Source: Trueperaceae bacterium | GTDB lineage: Bacteria; Deinococcota; Deinococci; Deinococcales; Trueperaceae | DNA: 64,000 nt | NCBI GenBank assembly: GCA_965213925.1 | Contig: OZ243927.1 | Coordinates: 2,912,001-2,976,000, forward strand | Direction of reading: 5' to 3' | In this document: positions 59,597 through 64,000 of the stretch, piece by piece | Numbering within the stretch: the stretch's first letter is position 1 | How the letters are laid out: every line of letters begins with the position of its first letter | Notes under the pieces: generated by a model | Told to the model about the DNA's origin: nothing | Seen by the model: the letters and a program-made list of their open reading frames with translations, nothing else | Database searches by the model: none | Position numbers and translations under genes: made by a program

Positions 59597-60739
59597 ATGA
59601 AACGTTGGTGGATTCTACTTCTCGTTCTACTCATTCCCCTTGCCACGGCACAAGAGGACGACACCCTTACGGCGGGCTTTATCTACGTCGGTCCTGTAGG
59701 CGACTACGGCTGGACCTTCGCGCATGACGAGGCGCGGCAGATGTTGGAAGACGAGTTCGACTGGTTGGAGACGGTTTACGTCGAATCCGTTCCCGAAGGC
59801 GACGCCGAGCCCTTTATCGACCAGTTGGTGCAGGGGGGTGCCGAGGTCATCTTTACGACGAGCTTCGGTTACATGGACGCCACCATCGCGGCAGCTGCGC
59901 GCTACCCAGACGTACTCTTCGCCCACGCGACAGGCTTTATGCGCGCGCCTAACGTGGCGACCTACACCGCTGAGTTCTATCAGGTTTACTATCTCAATGG
60001 TCTTATGGCGGGCGCGTTGACTGACGGGAATGTCGGCTACGTCGGCGCATTCCCCATTCCCGAGGTCAAGCGCCACATCGACGCCTTTACGCTGGGCGTG
60101 CGCGAGGTCAACCCCGAAGCGAATGTTACGGTGCGCTGGATCAACGCTTGGTTCGACCCCGCCGCCGCCACCGAAGCGACGCAAGCCCTTATCGCGGAAG
60201 GCGCGGACGTTCTAGCCTTTACCGAAGATACGCCCACCGTGATTCAAGTCGCGGCGGAGCGCGGTCTGCCCAGCTTCTCGCACTACTCGCCCATGTACGA
60301 GTTCGCGCCCGAGTACGTCGTGTCGGGTCAGCTCGTCCACTGGGACGAAATCTACCGCGACTTTCTGACGAAAGTGCGTGACGGTACGTATACAGCGGAA
60401 AATTTAGAAGAGGTCGATTACTGGTGGCTCTTAGCCGACGACGCCGTCGAGATGGCGGCGAGCGAAGAGGTCGTCATCAACCCCGAATACGAAGAGGCGC
60501 TTCGCGCCGTGACGGTAGATGACCCCGAATTAGGTGAAATCTCTGTTTACGACTTGGTGCTGACGCGCTTGGAGCAGATGAACGTCTCCCCCACCGCCTT
60601 CGACCCCTTTACCGGACCCATCACGGACAGAAACGGTAACGTGGTGGTTGAGGAGGGCGTCACCATGAGCATCGAAGAATTGGCTTCCATGCAATGGGCC
60701 GTCGAAGGGGTGACTGGACCCTGGCCTGACGAGCCGTAA
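59597..60739 (+). CDS. BMP-family ABC substrate-binding protein
   Basis: AGFIYVGPVGDYGWTFAHD, FTTSFGY, PIPEVKRHI.AF.LG, WFDP. Confidence 0.92.
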   Translation: MKRWWILLLVLLIPLATAQEDDTLTAGFIYVGPVGDYGWTFAHDEARQMLEDEFDWLETVYVESVPEGDAEPFIDQLVQGGAEVIFTTSFGYMDATIAAAARYPDVLFAHATGFMRAPNVATYTAEFYQVYYLNGLMAGALTDGNVGYVGAFPIPEVKRHIDAFTLGVREVNPEANVTVRWINAWFDPAAATEATQALIAEGADVLAFTEDTPTVIQVAAERGLPSFSHYSPMYEFAPEYVVSGQLVHWDEIYRDFLTKVRDGTYTAENLEEVDYWWLLADDAVEMAASEEVVINPEYEEALRAVTVDDPELGEISVYDLVLTRLEQMNVSPTAFDPFTGPITDRNGNVVVEEGVTMSIEELASMQWAVEGVTGPWPDEP

Positions 60740-61011
60740 GCCCCACTTACGCCACCCTTTGCCGCGTCAGGATCACTGTCTGATGCGGCTTTCTCGTGTC
60801 GGAATTCAGTCAACGTCTCGCGTTTCGTCTCGGAGAGCTTTTTGGCTGCGCGTGAGCAAACTCACAGTTCACCTCCTAGCTGACGAAAACTTCATAGCTG
60901 TGGATACGTCGACCTGGTTTACTTGCGGTACATAGAGCCCTATGAGCTAGCTCACCCTTATTTTTCGCGACTAGGCGATTCCTGACGCCTCACGAGGAGA
61001 GATTAAACAGC

Positions 61012-63564
61012 GTGACCCCCTCTATCTTTACGGCGATACTCACGACGCAAGGCGACGTCATCCAACTCAATCACCAAGCGCTCGAGGCGGCGCACATCGA
61101 CCCGCAAGAGGTTTTAGGTCAACCGCTCGGCGAGCTTCCTTATTGGACTGACCCGGAATGCGTGCGCAAGGCGGCGGCGGACGCGGCGCAGGGTGAGGTG
61201 GTGCGACTCGAAACAACCCTCGAACTGGAAGGAGCGCAGCTCGAGGCGGAACTCATCCTCGCCCCACTCCATAACGCTGAAGGTAAAGTCACGCAACTCA
61301 GTATTTACGTCATCGACATCGGCGAGCGCAAGGCGCGGGAAAAGGCTGCGAGAGAAAAGGTGGCGCGGCAGCAGCTCATCTTAGAAAACGTTAAAGAACA
61401 CGTCATCTTGCTGCTCGACGCCGAAGGCGTAATTACGGCGTGTAACTCGAGCGTCGAGCGCATCCTGGGCTACCGCCCGGAAGAGCTAGAAGGACGCTCT
61501 ATCACGTGCATCTTCACGCCCGAAGACGTGCGTTCGGGCGTCGTACAAGAAGAGATGCGCGTCGCGGCGGCTGAGGGGCGCGCCCAGGATAACCGCTGGT
61601 ACGTGCATAAGGACGGAAGCCACTTCTGGGCTGACGGCATCACTACGGCGAGATACGCCGAGGACGGCTCGCTGCTAGGTTTCGCGAAGGTGTTCTCCGA
61701 CGACTCGAAGAGCAAGCTAGCCGAGCAGGAGCGCGAGTACCTCTCGGGGCGTTTAGAGCGCAAACGGGCGTACTTAGAGACGATTTTTCAGCAGATGCCC
61801 TCGGGCGTCTCCATCGCCGAAGCGCCCTCGGGTAAACTCATCATGCACAACGAGGAGGCGGAAAAGCTTCTAGGTCATCCCCTGTTAGAATCGGCGGACT
61901 ACACAGGCTACTCGAGGTACGGCGCGCTCCACCCCGACGGGCAACCCTACGCGCCCGAGGAATACCCAATTACGAGGGCGCTTTTACATGGTGAGACCGT
62001 TTCGCAAGAGGACATGCACTATAGACGTGGGGACGGCAGAAACACGCTCTTCTCCGTCAACGCTGCGCCGGTTAGGGACGCGGACGGCACCGTCGTCGCG
62101 GCGATCAGCACCTTTCACGACATCTCCGGGCGGCAGCGCGCCGCCGAGGAGCTACGAAAGGCACACGAAGCGCTGCAGGCACGGGTGAAAGAACTCGACG
62201 CGATGAAAGAGGAGTTGGAGCGCGTCAACGCCAGGCTCTACCACGACGCCTTCCACGACGCGCTGACCGGGCTCCCCAACCGCCTGCTCTTCACGGAGCG
62301 TTTAGAGCAGGCCCTCAAGCGGCAGGTGCGCCACTCTCAAACCCACGCGGCAGTGCTCTTTTTGGACTTCGACCGCTTCAAAGTCGTCAACGACTCGCTC
62401 GGTCACGCGGTGGGCGACGGGCTCCTGACGGGTATCAGCAAACGGCTACAGATCTGCGTGAGACCGTCCGACACGGTCGCGCGGCTCGGCGGCGACGAGT
62501 TCGTGATCCTATTAGAGGAAATCACCCACAGCGAACAGGTCACGCACGTCGCGCAGCGCATCACCGAAGCGTTCTACCGCCCGCTGCTCGTCGGCGAGCA
62601 CGACCTCTACACGAGCGCGAGCATCGGCATCGTCTCCAATACCGCGTACTACACCCAGGCCGACGACGTGTTGCGCGACGCCGACCTCGCTATGTACCGC
62701 GCCAAGGCGAAGGGGCGCGGTACGTATCAACTTTTCAACCAGCGGATGCACCAGCAGGCGATGGATATGATGACGCTCGAGCGCGAACTGCGTAGCGCGG
62801 TGGCGCAGCGCGAACTGCGCGTCGCCTATCAGCCTATCTTGGCGGTCACGAACGGCACGCTTTTGGGCTTCGAAGCCTTGGTGCGCTGGCAGCACCCCAG
62901 ACGCGGGCTCATCTCCCCTGCGCTCTTTTTGCCCCTAGCCGAAGAGACCGGGCTCATCCGGGAGATCGACCGCTACGTCTGGACGGAGGCGTGTCGGCAG
63001 GTTCGCGCTTGGCAAAGAGGTTCGGACAACCCTAACGGATTAGAAACCCGTATAGACCACCCCCTCACCCTCAGCATCAACCTCTCGTCGCAGCATTTCC
63101 TCTATCCCGAACTCGTCCGGGATATCGAAAGCATCCTCGCCGAGACCGACTTTCCCCCGGAGCAGCTCGTGTTGGAAATCACCGAAGGCGCACTCATCCG
63201 CTCGTCGGAGATGGTCAGCACGACCTTGCGCGAGCTTAAAGAACTCGGGCTCAAACTCTACTTAGACGACTTCGGTACGGGCTACTCGTCCTTATCGTAC
63301 CTGCAACGCTTCCCCGTAGACGCCCTTAAAATCGACCGCTCGTTCATCCACAGCATGACCAGTAGCGAAGAGAGCGCCGAACTGGTGCGCACGATTATCA
63401 ACATGGCGCAGAACTTAGGCTTGCAAGCCGTCGCGGAAGGGGTAGAAACGCATGAGCAACTCGACAGGCTCCGCGACTTGGGCTGCTCGTATACGCAGGG
63501 CTACCTCTTTGCGAAGCCGCTCAGTGAGGAGCAGGCGGAGAGGTTTATGACGGTGAGTAGTTAA
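61012..63564 (+). CDS. Multi-PAS GGDEF-EAL protein
   Basis: Three PAS-like segments; RLGGDEF; EALVRW; DDFGTGYSS. Confidence 0.93.
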   Translation: MTPSIFTAILTTQGDVIQLNHQALEAAHIDPQEVLGQPLGELPYWTDPECVRKAAADAAQGEVVRLETTLELEGAQLEAELILAPLHNAEGKVTQLSIYVIDIGERKAREKAAREKVARQQLILENVKEHVILLLDAEGVITACNSSVERILGYRPEELEGRSITCIFTPEDVRSGVVQEEMRVAAAEGRAQDNRWYVHKDGSHFWADGITTARYAEDGSLLGFAKVFSDDSKSKLAEQEREYLSGRLERKRAYLETIFQQMPSGVSIAEAPSGKLIMHNEEAEKLLGHPLLESADYTGYSRYGALHPDGQPYAPEEYPITRALLHGETVSQEDMHYRRGDGRNTLFSVNAAPVRDADGTVVAAISTFHDISGRQRAAEELRKAHEALQARVKELDAMKEELERVNARLYHDAFHDALTGLPNRLLFTERLEQALKRQVRHSQTHAAVLFLDFDRFKVVNDSLGHAVGDGLLTGISKRLQICVRPSDTVARLGGDEFVILLEEITHSEQVTHVAQRITEAFYRPLLVGEHDLYTSASIGIVSNTAYYTQADDVLRDADLAMYRAKAKGRGTYQLFNQRMHQQAMDMMTLERELRSAVAQRELRVAYQPILAVTNGTLLGFEALVRWQHPRRGLISPALFLPLAEETGLIREIDRYVWTEACRQVRAWQRGSDNPNGLETRIDHPLTLSINLSSQHFLYPELVRDIESILAETDFPPEQLVLEITEGALIRSSEMVSTTLRELKELGLKLYLDDFGTGYSSLSYLQRFPVDALKIDRSFIHSMTSSEESAELVRTIINMAQNLGLQAVAEGVETHEQLDRLRDLGCSYTQGYLFAKPLSEEQAERFMTVSS

Positions 63565-63651
63565 AGTCGAGAAGGGAGAAGAGTGAAGTAGGAAGGGTGA
63601 AAGGTTCTTTCAAACTTCACCCTTCCTACTTTTTCCTTCCTCTTTCGTACC

Positions 63652-64000
63652 TCAATCCACGCGGTTAAACCGCTCCAAAATAATCAGCAAGACCACGCCC
63701 GGCACCGACGCCAGCAGCGCCAACCCCGCCCCCACCGGGTCCAACGCGCCGCCGCCCGCGAGTTTCGAAAAGAGCAGCGTCGGCAGCGTCTCGACCTGTC
63801 CGCGTCCGACGTAAAAGGTCAGCAAGAAGAGGTTGGACGAGATGAGAAAGGCGAACAGCGCGCTCGCCGCGAGACCCGGCAAGATGAGCGGCAGCGTCAC
63901 GTAAAGGGCGACTTGCCAGGGCGACGCGCCGAGCGTCCGCGCCTGCGCCTCGACCTCTCGCCCTAAATTTTGAAACGCCGAAATCAGCACGCGCATGGTG
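63652..64000 (-). CDS. ABC permease, 3' part (truncated by the window edge)
   Basis: EAQARTLGAS EAA-like motif; LPLILPGL. Confidence 0.8.
   Translation of the reverse strand, partial: TMRVLISAFQNLGREVEAQARTLGASPWQVALYVTLPLILPGLAASALFAFLISSNLFLLTFYVGRGQVETLPTLLFSKLAGGGALDPVGAGLALLASVPGVVLLIILERFNRVD

Overview
Bacterial chromosomal window, probably Deinococcota (Truepera-like). This is inferred from the GroEL sequence, the CIRCE plus HAIR sites at groESL, and many leaderless genes with TANNNT 6-7 nt before the start codon. Most of it is housekeeping or metabolic: maltodextrin and polyol ABC clusters, groESL, psuG, mrp, dprA, a two-component system, a BMP-type ABC transporter and three GGDEF/EAL genes. 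The most striking feature is a ~4.9 kb array at 3460-8320, between two type IV pilin genes and an MBL hydrolase plus dprA. Seven copies of a ~50-120 bp direct repeat (terminator-like hairpin, second box, extended -10, ATGAGCAC codon stub) separate six different toxin-antitoxin cassettes in both orientations, followed by a decayed seventh. It looks like an integron cassette array, but no attC sites or integrase are visible. Also notable are two tandem TAT-less reductive-dehalogenase-like genes with a ferredoxin reductase and MarR, which split a BMP ABC operon, and an ArsR/DUF6428/ArsK-like operon carrying a luciferase-like monooxygenase. All family assignments come from motif recognition by eye; no database searches were run.
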